From Trichinella spiralis (lineage: Eukaryota), in contig NW_003526943.1 of NCBI RefSeq assembly GCF_000181795.1, positions 10,214,849 to 10,274,185 of the forward strand: a stretch of DNA of 59,337 nucleotides, written 5' to 3'. The translations under genes were made by a program, and so were the position numbers. Each line of letters starts with the position of its first letter. Position 1 is the stretch's first letter. This document shows positions 36,673 through 50,179 of this stretch, piece by piece. The notes beneath the pieces were generated by a model, which was given only the letters and a program-made list of their open reading frames with translations, did not search any database and was not told where the DNA came from.

Positions 36673-39600
36673 ATGCAAGGTGATAAAGTTCCCATCGAAG
36701 TGAAAAAAAACAGCGGCTTCATTTTAAACGAGAACGAAAAATTGACCGCAACAATCCAAAATCATTCGAAATTTCTTCCTGCTGAAGCTTTGAATGACAT
36801 CCGGCAATCGGTGCGGCTAAACGTGGAAGTTCAAGACCAGATAAAGAAACTTATCGCAGATTTGGAGAAGCAATCACAGAATGAACCGCTGGACTGTATT
36901 CAGATTGAAGCAACCTCAGCCAGAGATGCTACGGGTCTGTCCCCATATGAATACCAGCAGAGGCTCTGTTCGCAGTTTCTGGTGGATATTTACAACAATT
37001 TGACGTTCGCGCAGAAATTGCTCAGTCAAGATCTGACTGCTTCACCTGTAGCAACAAAATCCACTACGAACATCAGAGAATTGGTCGAAATGATCAACGT
37101 GCGCTTGGATGCGTTGTTCCTGCTATTTGACGAATGTTTGGAAAAGAGGAAAGACCGGGAAAAACAACAGGCCCGAGATGACCAACAGGCGCAGGTCCAT
37201 AGTATTCAACTTGTGCAATGCAAACGGGCACTGGGCGAAATTGAAGGGAAAGTGCAAGCTCGGCAACGGACGGCAGACGAAATGTGCGATCGTTTGGTAA
37301 TTGAAGTGTGCGCTACATTGCGTCGACAGTTAATATACGACGAAGCTATGGCGAAAATTGTTGAAAACCAATCTTCTGATAATCAGATAGCATTCAAAAA
37401 ATGTGACCATTTCTTGGATAGATTTCAACACCCGGAAGTAAGAGATTTGATAAGATACCAAGAAAATTGTATCAAAGAGGATTTTATGACAAAGCACACA
37501 ACTGAGATCAACATTGCAAAGATGATGAAAGATATAGCAGAAATGAAAGAAGAGGTGGAAAAGTTTGTCAAAGTTCTCAACGTCAACATATTACGCATAG
37601 CAGGAACTATATTAAACGCTGATCAGTTGTCTTCAATAGTCGATCAAGTACCGAATGGGAAACCAGCCACTAATGCTTTGATCCAAAATGTGCACTCCCT
37701 CTTCTGCTTTATACTCGGCGGATTGCAGGCCAAAATTAAAAAAATATGGCAAAATAACAAAGAAATGCGAGATATTGAAGAAAAAATCCACTTTGCTTGC
37801 AGAAATATTGAGGCAAGGAAAAGTGAAATAGCGCTACTTGAAAATATTTACATCGGCCATGATGAAGCGGAAATGCAAAAAGCACTCTTGGAAAAGGTGA
37901 AAGACGACAGAAATATGCGTGAAAAAACGTTGACAATGATTTCTGAAACTTGGCGGCAGCGTCGTTTGGAATTTTGTGAGAAAGAAAAAGCTGCAAACGA
38001 GAATATCGAAAGACAGAAGAGCAGAATAGTGGCGTTGAGCAAAAATATTGAACATGAGAGATCACTGATGAAGGAATTGTTCGAAATGAATAGGAAAAAC
38101 CCAACATCTCATTGTTATGATATGTGCAATAGAAAAATGATCGAGAACCGCATACAAGCGCTTCAAGATAAGCTGGAAATAAAGCAAAAGATAAAGAAGG
38201 AATTAATGTGGAAAAATGCTTCCTTACAAAAGAACATTGCCAGAGAAAGAGCCAGACTAGTAGATGTTGACAATAAGAAAGAAGAAGATGCAATAAATGG
38301 AGATGGTTATCAAGAAGAATTAAAGAATCTACTATTGGAGAAGGAGAATTTAGAATCCAAACACAAAACATTTAGCTTCATGAAAGTGAAGCTGCAAAAA
38401 GAGATTAACATCTTGAAGAGCAAAATAAATGAGAAGAAACTTTCGTGTAGCGATTTGGAAATGCACCTTGAAAAATTGAAATCAACAAATGAAAAACATG
38501 TAAATGTTGGATCAGCTGTGAAAACCAATCAAATGCTGAATATGACAACCTTGAAAAAAACTCAGGAAGTTTTATTTAGTTACGCAAAAAATTTAAAGCG
38601 TGAATTTGCATTGTTGAATGAAGAAGTAAGCAGACTATATATATACATATAGATACATTTTACTATGGAATTTATTAAAATTATTGTATTAAATTCTTTA
38701 GGTGACTAACATGGTGAATGAATATTTTGCAAAAACAGAAGAATATCAAAATCTCGAGGAAAAACACTCAATGAAAGCGTTGGAAGTGGAATATTTTCAA
38801 ATAAAAGTGAACCAATTACAGTGTGAATTATTATGGAATCGTCCAACTCCTCGTCAGATTTCTCTACTGAAAGATGAAAATTATAATCATTGCAAGCCTT
38901 CTTCTCAACCTTTGCTTCCACCATCTCCATCTCAAGGAGAGACAAAATTTTCAGCAGATGTGAAAATTGAAGGAAAAACTGAAAACTGTGAACACATTGA
39001 AACTTCTGACAATATAAGTGTTAACCAAGATACGATTAACAAGTCAGCGAAATCTTTGACTTCACTAAGTTATCAAATGATTGTGAACAATACTTCTCCA
39101 TCACAATTTATGCAGAATATAACCAAAGAAACTGCTGAAAGTGGAACTTTAAGTGAGAATGCCCCATTCTGTTCTTTATATTCTACTGAAAACTCACCTG
39201 CCAGAATAACTGTAGAAGCTGAAGCTATATTTGAAAGCAAATCAGAAACTATAAAAAAAGAGAATTTTAAGCAAAATGCTACATGCACTGACAAGTCTCA
39301 AGAACCTTGTGAAAATATTGAGCAAAAATTGAAGGATGAAATCACCAAATTACAAAGTAATATCAACGAAACAGAAAAAATAAATAAAGTCAATAACAGC
39401 GATGACGAAATGTCCATAAGAATGGGGAAAACACTGGAAACCGCTCTTGCAACGGTGAAAAAATTCAGCAGTGCCAAAAAAATGGATGAAAAAGAGCAAA
39501 CTACTAACAATAATAATGCAGGGGAAAATTCATCGACTGCTAGTGAAATTTCTTTCACAGGTAAGTATGAATGCATAATTAATCATTATATTATTTCATT

Positions 39601-39859
39601 GCAAAACATTATAGTATCAAATGAGGAAAACGAAGAAATTCACAAACAATATTCACCTGATAACAGTGAAATAATGCTAAAAGAAGAGAGTGAAAAAGCA
39701 ATAAGCAGTTCTACTTTCTCGTCAATTGAAGAAAATATTAAAAATCTCAATAATATACCCCAAACTAGCAAAGAAGAGCTGCTGAAGTGGTTCAAAAGTT
39801 TTCCAAAAGACGAAACGCTTCAGAAGGATAAAAAAGATAAATCTTTTCAGCAGAAGTAA
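36673..39859 (+). CDS. Large (~1000 aa) coiled-coil protein of unknown function
   Basis: Exons 36673-38625, 38702-39560 and 39615-39859 splice in frame. Long E/K/Q/L-rich heptads followed by an S/T/E-rich low-complexity tail. Confidence 0.8.
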
Positions 39860-40651
39860 TATTGTTTTGTTCTTATTGAAATTGGAATTGTTCAAATTTT
39901 ACATTTCCAACGTTTGATTAAATGAAAAATTCAAATTTAATTCAATTTTTGTTTAAACAACCGCACATCTGACACATGACAGATTATTTTGAGCCACAAT
40001 CAAGCTAAATGAGAACAATGATCATTTTTGAATTTAAATTCAATTTATTTCGAACTTTTTGATATCATAAAAACAGAACAACCGGTCAGCAGTAATCAAA
40101 AAGTAAAAATAACACTATACTCAGAATAAAAGACATTATTTGAGCGAAGCAACAATATATATCTAATATTTATCGCTTTTTGACAACCCTGGCAAAATAT
40201 GATACTTTCACATTGAAACGCTGACTAGTTGAATGCTATCTTTCTTCATCCGTAATATTCGAGCAACTTGTATTCTCTACCTAAAAGTTCATCAAATGAT
40301 AAAATTTGGTTTACTGGAAATATCATAATTTCACACATATTAAAACAATTTACAAATATTTCATATAATTCTTTATAAAAGTTTAAAACGAATGAGAACT
40401 TGAAAAAGATCAATATTTTCAATATTACAACCATTACATGTAAATCATATGCAAAATAAGCATAATTTTGTATTAATATTATTAAATTGTAATGGAATTT
40501 GGCATAAATTCAAATGGACCATTAAATCATTTGAAAATTTTGAAAATATGAAGTAGATTTATTACTTATATTTTAAGTCCCTTCATTCAACTCCCCGAAT
40601 CAAACAGAGTAATAACTAATTATAAACCTGTCTATCATGAAACACTGAAGA

Positions 40652-43257
40652 TTATTTTTTTAATATGAAATTAATTGTAACTGGAAAAAATTTCTTACTT
40701 CGCTTTTGACGAGCTGCAGATCTTTTGTCTTGCTTCTTCTTACTGTAAAGTTCTAATCGTTCTTCGTCAACTTCAATGTCGTCGATTTGTTTCACTTGAT
40801 TACATTTCATGCATTTGGCAACACCGAAAAAGCATGCAATACAGTAAGCCGCCTGGCAAGCTTCACAATTACGAAAATTCTGAAAATCTTCCGCTGGTCC
40901 TTCTTCATTGCATTCTATACAACTTTTTCTTTGACCACCTGAAGCGCGAATAAAACTTCCCACCAGGAATGCCTGCAAAAGCACAGAAAAAAGAATAAAT
41001 ACGCAAAAACTAAAAATTATACTGATGATTTGCATTACCTGTGACGCTACTCTTTGTCGTAACTTTTGTGCAATATCAGCTTTACTTCCTCCCAGTTTTG
41101 CTTTTACTGATTTTTCTGCAAAGTGCTTCCAACCTCCCCGTGAGACACCAATTTCACCGTGCATAAATGCTATACGTTTTTCAATTGTTTCCGGGTAAAA
41201 GGTTTCGCAAATTAAAGATCTTATTCGGTATAAATAAACTTGAACAAAAACTGTAATCAAACAGTACCCAAAAATTGCCACTGTAATCCAGCGAAGTCTG
41301 ATATCTGGTTCAGTTGGTTCTGTTATACAGCGCTGCCAATATGCAGCAATATTCTCCGGAGCTGAAACCTCAGGTACCATTTCTTCAATAATATCGTTGT
41401 ATGTTTTAGCAATCAATCCAGATCCAACAACAACTGGCTTGAAACGTAACGGTAAATCAAAATCTGTGGCCTTGTTCAAAAATCGGTTAATTATCTTCAA
41501 AAACGTGCAAACTGAATTGTCAACAACCATCCAATATACAATGATGATAAAACTGAAAAATATTTAAAATACAAATTATTTGAAAAAAAAACCTCTAAAA
41601 AAATTTCAGCCTAAAGTTATGCATAAAATAAGATATGTAAACTCATGAATTTATAATAATAACGTCATAATAGTGAATAAATAAGCATTTAATCAGAACA
41701 CTTACCCAGCTATAAGATTCAAAAGTTGAGGAAAACATCGCATCCATAGTTCTTTTGATGTCATTTTAAGATCTGTCCGTTTCAAATACTTCTTTCTCTC
41801 TTTGTCAGTGAACGGAAGTATTGCTTCTTGGCCTTTTAACCACAATCGCTTGTCAAACTTTTGCAACCCTTCAGTAATGAAATAGTTGTCTATTTCATCT
41901 GAATGCAAAAATGTCTTCACATAAAGAGCAGCAGCTATCGGCATGTAAAGTAGGGTCAATCCAACAAAACCCCCAATCGATATATCGATCATATCAAACA
42001 GTTCTCTAAAATAATCAATAAAATATATCTGAAAAAAGTAAAGAGAAAATTTCAATTTCCTATACCGTATGTAATCAATTTTTTCATTTAACATATCAAC
42101 TAAAACAGTAACGTTGGTTTTGTATTCGACGCTGTATTCTACAGTCTCACTAATGCTAAAATTGAATGAATAAGCATTAACAATGCGTTCTTCGGCTTGT
42201 AAAAGTTTCTTCTCGATCCCTTCCAACAGAGCATCTTTGATCTTTTTCGTAATAATATCTTTAAGTTTGCAAAACTGAGTGACGAAAAGAAGCACATTAC
42301 ACACAGTACTAACAGCGCTAATCACACGGCATACAAACCACACTACAGGCATAAACCATGCAGTGTAATCGCAGTATTCAACAATGACGTTAAACATTTT
42401 CACACAAATTTCATACGGTTTCATCAGAACCTTGTTACAAGTGCCGAGAACATTTCCAAGCCAATTTCGCAATCGTTTAACACCTTTACCTAAAGCCGTG
42501 ACACCAGAGTGGATTTTTTTCAGTACATTCTTTCCTGAATCACTTAGCTGATGAAATGAATTAGTAAGACGTAGAAGAGGCTTCATTTTCGATTCGGCTA
42601 CATTTTGAACTGCCGCTTTCAGTTTAATCGTCTCTTTAGCAACTTTTTCCTGTACGCAGGCTAACGTTTCAGCTGTTTTCCTTAAATTAATTTGCATATT
42701 TAACATTGGACCTTGAATTGTCCAAGTCAAAACCAAAAGTATAAGAACAGTGCGAGCAGTAGATGTGCAAGAGGCAGGTAGCATAACGAAAAACGAGCAA
42801 CATACAAAACGGTTCATAGAAATGCCAAACAGGGTGATTACGCTTAAAACCCCACAAATGAGACCTGAATTCATTCAGTTAAAACGTATTACATCATTCC
42901 ACTAATAATTAGTACAAGCTTACCAACTTTGTAAGGATCAGTTGACCATTTCAGTACTCCGACGCACATAATTAAAATGTAAAATAGCCAAACGCTGACC
43001 AAACCAAGCACTGCACGGGCAATATTGTTCGGAACTGTTCCATAACGATGCATGTTTTCAAAAAATCCATATTCGTTTTCATCAAATTCCTCGTCTTCAA
43101 CTGGTGTAAAAAATTTACGGAAAAAATCCAAATCATCTTCAATACGCTCTTCTTCTCCGCTTGGGATAGTATGCTTCATCTCCAAATAACGATTTGTGGC
43201 ATCAATAAGCTTCTTTTTTGCTTTGTTTATACGCCACAACTTCATAAAAACCGACAT
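40652..43257 (-). CDS. DC-STAMP-domain protein of the DCST1/2 - SPE-42/SPE-49 - Sneaky family (3' end uncertain)
   Basis: Multi-TM protein with GPMLNMQINL...LAC, a Cys-rich loop (CNKVLMKPYEIC...C...C...C...FC), IDNYFIT, CITEPTEPD, ICETFYPE, and a C-terminal RING-like CxxC array. Confidence 0.88.
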
Positions 43258-45019
43258 TCTGACGATGAAATTAAGTACTACGGTGAAGCGACTAACAATT
43301 CTGATAACAATATTCGTTACTACAGTAAGTTAAACGTTACCTGATTTTTATTAATGCTCAGTCAAAAATATTTTTTTAAGTTTATGAATAATTGATAAGC
43401 TGTTTTGTAATTATAGTTTCAAAATGTATAATTAAAAATTGACTTTTATTTTCATACTTGTTGGCATTATCTAATGTTTTCAATCAGGTATATCAAACTT
43501 TCTACTAAGCTGCTTTAGTTTTGAAGTGAAACGGCTGCTTTTTGAGTTTGCGCAGTCCATCTAATTGAGTCGTTTATAATGCCTCCATTTCTGCATCGCC
43601 ACATTTTTGTAATTCTATCCTCCGCTGTTTCTGCTGCGGTCTGTTGATCTCTTTTTTAATTTGTTTGTTAGATTGTTTGTTAAATTTTATACATCTGCAA
43701 TTTTTTCATCTATTATTTTTAATTTTCATCTTCAAATAACTTTTAGTTATCTAGTTTACAAAAAAATAAGGCAATGTAAAATGTTCTATTCTTTTTGAAT
43801 ACTGACGTTCAGGTACGTTGATCGTATTGCGTAAAGGTGATAATTTTACCACAAGCCCAATCACCGCACAAGGATAAACAGGTGTACGAAAATTTCTATA
43901 CTTGGATGCAATACAACCACCGTGAAGACAATAAGTCAGAGAAAGTCGATACAATATCACACAACAATGTCGTGTTGAACATTATTAAACTATCTATTTA
44001 AAATCCCACAACAACAACTTGTTGAACGCTTCATCCGCGTTTCTTATATATCACTCAGTTGCTGAGAGACTACATCTGTGAATGCTGACCAGATGAAAAT
44101 AACTAAATAAGCCAATGACAAACTAATTTTGAAAGGACTTGCGGAAATTCTGCATACACTTAAGCAGGTAGCATGAAAAAATTTTAAAAACGACTCTGAT
44201 ACGGTGCGCGCGATTAAGTTTAACCATGATTTAAAAATAGATCGGGAACCACATCCGTGAATTCTGCAAGAAATGAAAACAAAGAATAAACAACTATTGA
44301 TAACAGTATTATTAAAAAAAAGATGCGCCGGACAATCCATCGACTTCTGGCAAGCTTGCACGTCAGAACACACCCACGATTTAGACTGTTATGCACTCAA
44401 TCACATGAATAAAAAGATATAAATAGATAAATAGATAAATACTCAACTCAACAGCTGAATAAATCAGTAGACGTTCTGTGATACCCAATGTAGCTTTTAG
44501 TAAATTGCGTAAGAGCATAAAGCAAGTATTCGCGTGAATTCGACATTAGCGGTGCCGCCAGAACGCATATACAGCAAACGTTGAGGAACAACTGTATTTT
44601 TAATTTGAAATTTATTTTAAGAGATAAAAATTACAGCAGTGTATCAACAATAACAATATTCTTTTAAAATTATGAATCGAAAGTTGGTAGATAGAATTTA
44701 ATAAAGTAAAACTCTTTTTCCATCAGGTGGAGTCCGGTGCGCAGTATTTCTGCGTCGTAAATCTGCTCCTTCTGCCAACCGTTAGATGCGCGGCTGTTTT
44801 GTTGTCACTATCACAGCTACATGGATCGAAGGCACCTGCTGCTCTTTCGTTGTTCCTAGAACGTGCGGGTATGTAGAGCCATGTAGCGCATCCTTTAAAA
44901 TCGCTTTCCGTCGGGGTCTTCGATCTATTTTCGAGCATTGGGTAGTTACGCCCGGGTCTCAAGGATTTTTCTGAAATTCTGTTTTTAACATCCTCCAGCA
45001 TTATGCTTCAGCTCGGTCT

Positions 45020-45720
45020 ATTAAGTACAATTTCGTCGCTAGGCGCTTGAGAGTACCTCCAGCAATCTCTTTCGGTTGCATTTTCAGAGTTTTTGGCACT
45101 ACCTCTCTTCCAGGGTATAACTAGACGATTTTCCTCAATCTTCTGTATTTTCTTGGCACGCTGCTCTCACTTACCAGTATGATGTCTCCAATTCTCGGTT
45201 CTTGTCGTCATGTTGCCATTTCTACTGCCTATTCAGATAATTGATGTACCCCATCGCCATAGTCTCCACCATTCCGAGACAATGGACTGTTGTCAAAAAA
45301 TTCACACAGATGAAGGGTTGGCCGTCACGTTGCCGCAATCCATACTCGTTTCAGGAGTACTGACAAATTTAGTATCCGTTAGAAAATGACTTTGCGTGAG
45401 AAATTCTGGGTCGCGGAGAGCTGGGACGTACGCTTCAGTTTCGGATATCAGCGTTCAGAGTTCTAATTCGCTCAGCAGAGTGACTTTTCCGAGTATTCTC
45501 GTCCAACTATTCACATAATTGATGTACCCCATCGCCATGTTCTCTACCATTCCGAGACAATGGATTGTTGTATCTGCATTTCCAAATGTGAATGGTTGGC
45601 TTCCACGTTGCCTATGTCCATACTCATTTCAGGAGTACTGACAGATTACTTATCCGTTATACAAAGAATTTGCACGATAAATTCAGGGACGCGGACAGTA
45701 GTCACGTCCGATTCAAGTTA
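45020..45720 (-). mobile_element. Decayed BEL/Pao retrotransposon integrase C-terminal remnants, partly tandem-duplicated
   Basis: Minus-strand pieces ELRTLISETEA...FLTQSHFL, WWRLWRWGYINYL, EPRIGDIILVSE...LYPG (Pao integrase/DUF5641-like). 45236-45370 is repeated at 45516-45650. Confidence 0.7.
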
Positions 45721-45852
45721 TGATATTTTCACTGATATTTCTTTTTCTATCTTCCAATAGACTATGCCCAATATTGCCTAACTCCCTGCTTCAGTTGTTG
45801 AAGTACCCGAACTATCTTATCTGCACAATGCCGATATTATGAAATGATCTAC

Positions 45853-45862
45853 NNNNNNNNNN
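45853..45862. other. Assembly gap (10 N)
   Basis: Run of N in the sequence. Confidence 1.
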
Positions 45863-45990
45863 ATACGAAAAAGACTTTACGGTCTAATAAAATAGCGAGA
45901 TTACGGACTAATAAAATAGCGAGGACAACGACCAATAAATGAACAGTGGGACCGAATGGGAATAAAATTGAGCCCAACTGGGACCATCCC
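45863..45990. mobile_element. Probable DNA-transposon end with 24-bp subterminal tandem repeat
   Basis: ttacggWctaataaaatagcgagR twice (45877-45924). Ends ...GGACCATCCC (reverse complement GGGAT..., like the MULE start at 3691). Adjacent to the gap. Confidence 0.45.
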
Positions 45991-46110
45991 TCATATTACA
46001 GATAATGTAATAAAATATGATTTCCTGTCGATAACAGCGTTCCTGGTGATCCAAAATTTTTAAAAAATATATCAGTACAGTTAATTAAGAAGCGTTCAGT
46101 ATAAATATAG

Positions 46111-47925
46111 GGCTATAGTATACAAAGCTCCTGGGCAAAATACCGGCAAAATTATCCTTGCAAGTGCGGCAGGAAATTGGGATGACGGTGCAGTTCCACT
46201 CAGCAACAATGCAGGGCATTCATTTGCTGCAACTTTAGAGCATGTCGTGCAAGCCAATAATGATATAAAATTTCTTGCATACAACAATGTTCCACCAGCA
46301 GTCCCAAATGTAAAAACCAAATCTAACAGCAAAGGTTGTGCAAAAAATATTTTTGTAACATTTCAAAGCATTTGAATACAAATTTTATGCTTATATTACA
46401 GGAGTAATAATTGTACGAACAACTGCAAATGTGGATTCTGCAGCGTGGGTTGTCCATACCATACCAGGATTTCCAACAGCAAAAACACCATATACATGGC
46501 CGGCAGCAGAGAATGCTAGAGGACATTTATTAATATGTCTAACTATCTCTGAATCCCAAATAAATGCAATAGGTATGTATTGAAATATCTGAAACGATTA
46601 CATAGATTGAAGACAAATAGTAATTTTCCAGAACTTCAATGAATCAATAAATGTAAAGATTTTATGCAGAAATGTGCTTGCACATAATTTAAGTCAATTA
46701 AAAACATAAAATGTAGGAGTAAAAAAAAGAAATTTATGAATTTATAAAAATACTATAAAATGCTAACTTCTACCGCATAATAGATGATCCAGATTTTCAG
46801 AAAATGATCATTAGCAGAGATACATAAAGCTAATATAAATTGTTCTAGTGAGTAAAAAATAATAATAAGATTATAAAAATAGTTTCTTTTTGTCAACTTC
46901 CAGTTCTTTAGCTGCGTCATTACTGCTTGTACAACCTATGATACATTACAATGATATTCCGGAGACAGAAACTGCTGGAATGCCATATTTTAAAAAATTA
47001 GCGGAAGGGCAAACGCCAATTATACCACCATTCACATCAAAACGTTCAATTCGTACCCAAAATCCTGCAGCTCCTGTAACTGTTCACATTTACAGCAAAT
47101 CAGAGTCATCTAAATATGGTAAGTACAAACAGTTGCATAAATTCCAATTAATTTTTTTACAGATTTGATTTTAATTATAAAAAAAGAAACTTTCAACATA
47201 ATAAAGCAAAAAGATTCATTTTCAGATTTCTTTTAAATTTTATTTTAATTAAAAAAACCGTATTAGAAAAATCACAATTCAGAAAATAAAATTTGGTTGT
47301 ACAAAAAAGAGGAAATTACGAAAATTTCATACTTGTATCTGCCCTGTACATTCAAGTAGGAAGGGAAAAGTTGTAAATGCTCTACTTTTCAGAATGTTAA
47401 AAGTGAGATCTAAAATTTTAATTTCAATTACTGAGATGCTATTTAATGTGATTTAAATGGAAAATTCAATACTGCAAAACTTATTCATATTAAATGTAAT
47501 AAAGAACGGCTAATTATGTTCAATAAAAATAACTCTTTAGAAATTTACAAAAAAGTCATCGTAAAAGCTTTGAAAAAGACAATAAAGGTGTGGTCAAGGA
47601 GAGACAATAAATTAAAAGGTGATTGCAGGGTTCCTGAAAGGCATATTCGCTTATTGAAAAGTCCAGGTGTGATTAATGGTCATAACACGAATCTCGAAGC
47701 AGATGACACTAACTGGGCAGTTTCAGATCCAGGAAGTGTAATCTGTCATGTAGACAAACCATATTTTGTAAGATCTTGATTCATGATAACAATATTTAAA
47801 TAAACTCATATTGTACAATTTAGAAAAATCAATCCAGAGAACCTGCGATGGCAGTTTGCATTGAAAATAACGACATATTTACGCGTTTTAATGAAATTGC
47901 TGCTCAAGTTGAAAATTGTCCATAA
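46111..47925 (+). CDS. DNase II family (p43/plancitoxin-like) protein, 5'-partial, catalytic residues substituted
   Basis: Exons 46111-46334, 46402-46572, 46912-47118, 47541-47767 and 47824-47925 give AIVYKAPG...LAYNNVPP...SNSKG...WVVHTIPGFP...YSKS...NWAVS...AVCIEN...VENCP. Confidence 0.9.
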
Positions 47926-49185
47926 TATGATCTTTCTAATTGCTTTTAAAGAAAGAAAAGAATTTATGCTTCTAATATTTATACTTTTGTCTATTCTGAA
48001 TAGCGTTTTGTTCATTTTTTGATGGATTAATGTATCCAGTTTCTATTAAAATGTCCATATTTGTGAAATAAGTGCCACTATGAAGATAAGTAAAAGAAAA
48101 TGTGCACTTTAGTATGTTGCTTTGTTTTGGATTACCTACTGCCATTTTTCGGTGTAGCAGCAGCACGACTTTTCCAAAATTATTAATTTAAGATGCACAT
48201 GAAAATATTCTCTTCATAATTTGGACTCCGTACCTATATGCTTGTTTAAACTTGCCATGATTGTCATTATTATTGTTACTTCAATGGTGCTTGTTAAAAT
48301 TGGTTCTTGATATTCATTATTTATCATTTAAGTAGTAAGTAATAATAATATTTTCTTCATTTCAAATGATGCTTTTTTAGAAATGACAGATTTGAAATTT
48401 ATTACCCAATAACAGTAAAATCGTTGAGAATTGCAAATTTTGAAATCAATTTATTTAACGTTTAAATTATAAATTTAGCGGCATCAATTCTCTTTATATT
48501 GAAAGAAAAAAATTGTAGTGTAATGATAATAAAATTAATTGCTCAGTATTATTTCTCATAGTGATAAATGCACTAACAAACTTGGAAAAGCATGCTAACT
48601 GTACAAAAATGTAAAACAGCATTTACTGTACTTTCTTAATGGAAAAATATGTCGAAAAGTGAACATCTTCTGAAAAAACATAATCTTTACAATGAAGTAT
48701 TCGCTGACTGATAAAATGGTTCTTGCAGAAGCGGTCATCAGCGATAAAAGGAACAGCTTCAATAATTAACGTCGGAGGACCCTTTCATGAAGCTTCTGTT
48801 TTTCGGTTTCTCTAATATTTTTGTTTTAAGATTGTTATATTTTGAAAGAATTATATTTCTTCAGTGCATATTTGAAAAACTGAAACTTTGTTCTACAGTA
48901 AATTTGAAATTGAGTAGCAGAAGAAAACACACAAATGTGAACTGTAATTTCATGATGGTGCAACTTTGTCAATGTTCATAAAATAAATTTTTTTTTCGTA
49001 ATTTCATTTCATACGATAACAAGATTAATTATGCATATTTTACACTAGTTTAAAATGCGTAAAAATAAGATCATTTTACTTTAAAGTTGTTGTTTAAAAT
49101 GATGAACAACATTTTAAATTAAAAATTGTTTAAATAAATTTTTGATATATAAATTTTTTCATTCAAACACACCTCAGTGTCAAGA

Positions 49186-49802
49186 ATGGATACTCTCCTG
49201 GACAGTATCGACGATTTTCTGCAATGCTTGAACCTTTTCATGGCATGCTTCTTGCTGTTCTACTTCTACCGCAGGTTAATTTTTTTTATTCTGATAATTA
49301 TAATACTTTCAATTAAAAAATCTATAATTTTTTAAGTAAGCATTTGTTGTTGAAGTAAATTAAATAATAATCTTTCAAAGATATTTATTTCAATTTCTCA
49401 CTACTATAAATTGTGCATAATTTTGTACACATAGTGTGAAAACAATAAAAAAAACTGTATTTTAGAATTAAGGCTGTAAGTAAGGATGTCGAGAATGATT
49501 TGAGTGAACCTGTGACAGATGCAGTGTCAGAGAACTGTGAGATGGAACAAAGTGAAAATGTATTAAATGAAGAATTGGACAGACACGTAGAACAAGAGAA
49601 AAAACCAAAGCAGCTTGTAATGTTGATACAGATTGAACGTGAAAAGCCGAAATCGGGATTATATGTAGAATATACTGCTGAAATGAAATTTCGAGTCAAT
49701 GAGAAAAGTGTACAAATGTATAAACCAAGACTGAAGAAAACTGTGAATGTTGCAGATGCAGGAATGAATGCCGTGCAATCATTCATAGTGAAAACTGAAT
49801 GA
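49186..49802 (+). CDS. Orphan 141-aa protein with single N-terminal membrane anchor
   Basis: Exon 49186-49274 (LQCLNLFMACFLLFYFYRR) splices in phase to 49466-49802 (acidic linker, then a beta-rich tail). Confidence 0.7.
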
Positions 49803-50179
49803 TTCATTCTTTTTTCTATTACACATTTAATAACTCAATAATAATCATAACTTATTTTGTTAAATTTTCATTTTATTATTTCAGTATTGATATGTGAAAC
49901 ACTGTATCATTTATAAATTATAAAAATTGCTTATTTTAAATATCATATTTTTTCATTTTAATGAATTTCATTGAAATTCACATCACTTCTATGGAGTTCA
50001 TCATAAATATGACGTTCATTTTAAATAAAATTATTGTTTTGTTTCATCATTGCAATCAACAATTTTGACTACGTTATTCCAGTCAAGGAAGCACGCATTA
50101 ATCAATGCAATATCCATCAACCACTACTAAAAATTACATACAGTTTTTATTGCAACAATAACACTAGTATGAAGCATTC

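Noticed and set aside
43500..44600. Coding-like minus-strand fragments (KRSTSCCCG..., IKKEINRPQQKQRR)
   Set aside because: Stops in all frames and no family recognised; a pseudogene call cannot be supported.
45877..45924. Direct repeats that might suggest a CRISPR array
   Set aside because: Two abutting 24-bp units with no spacers, in eukaryotic DNA next to an assembly gap.
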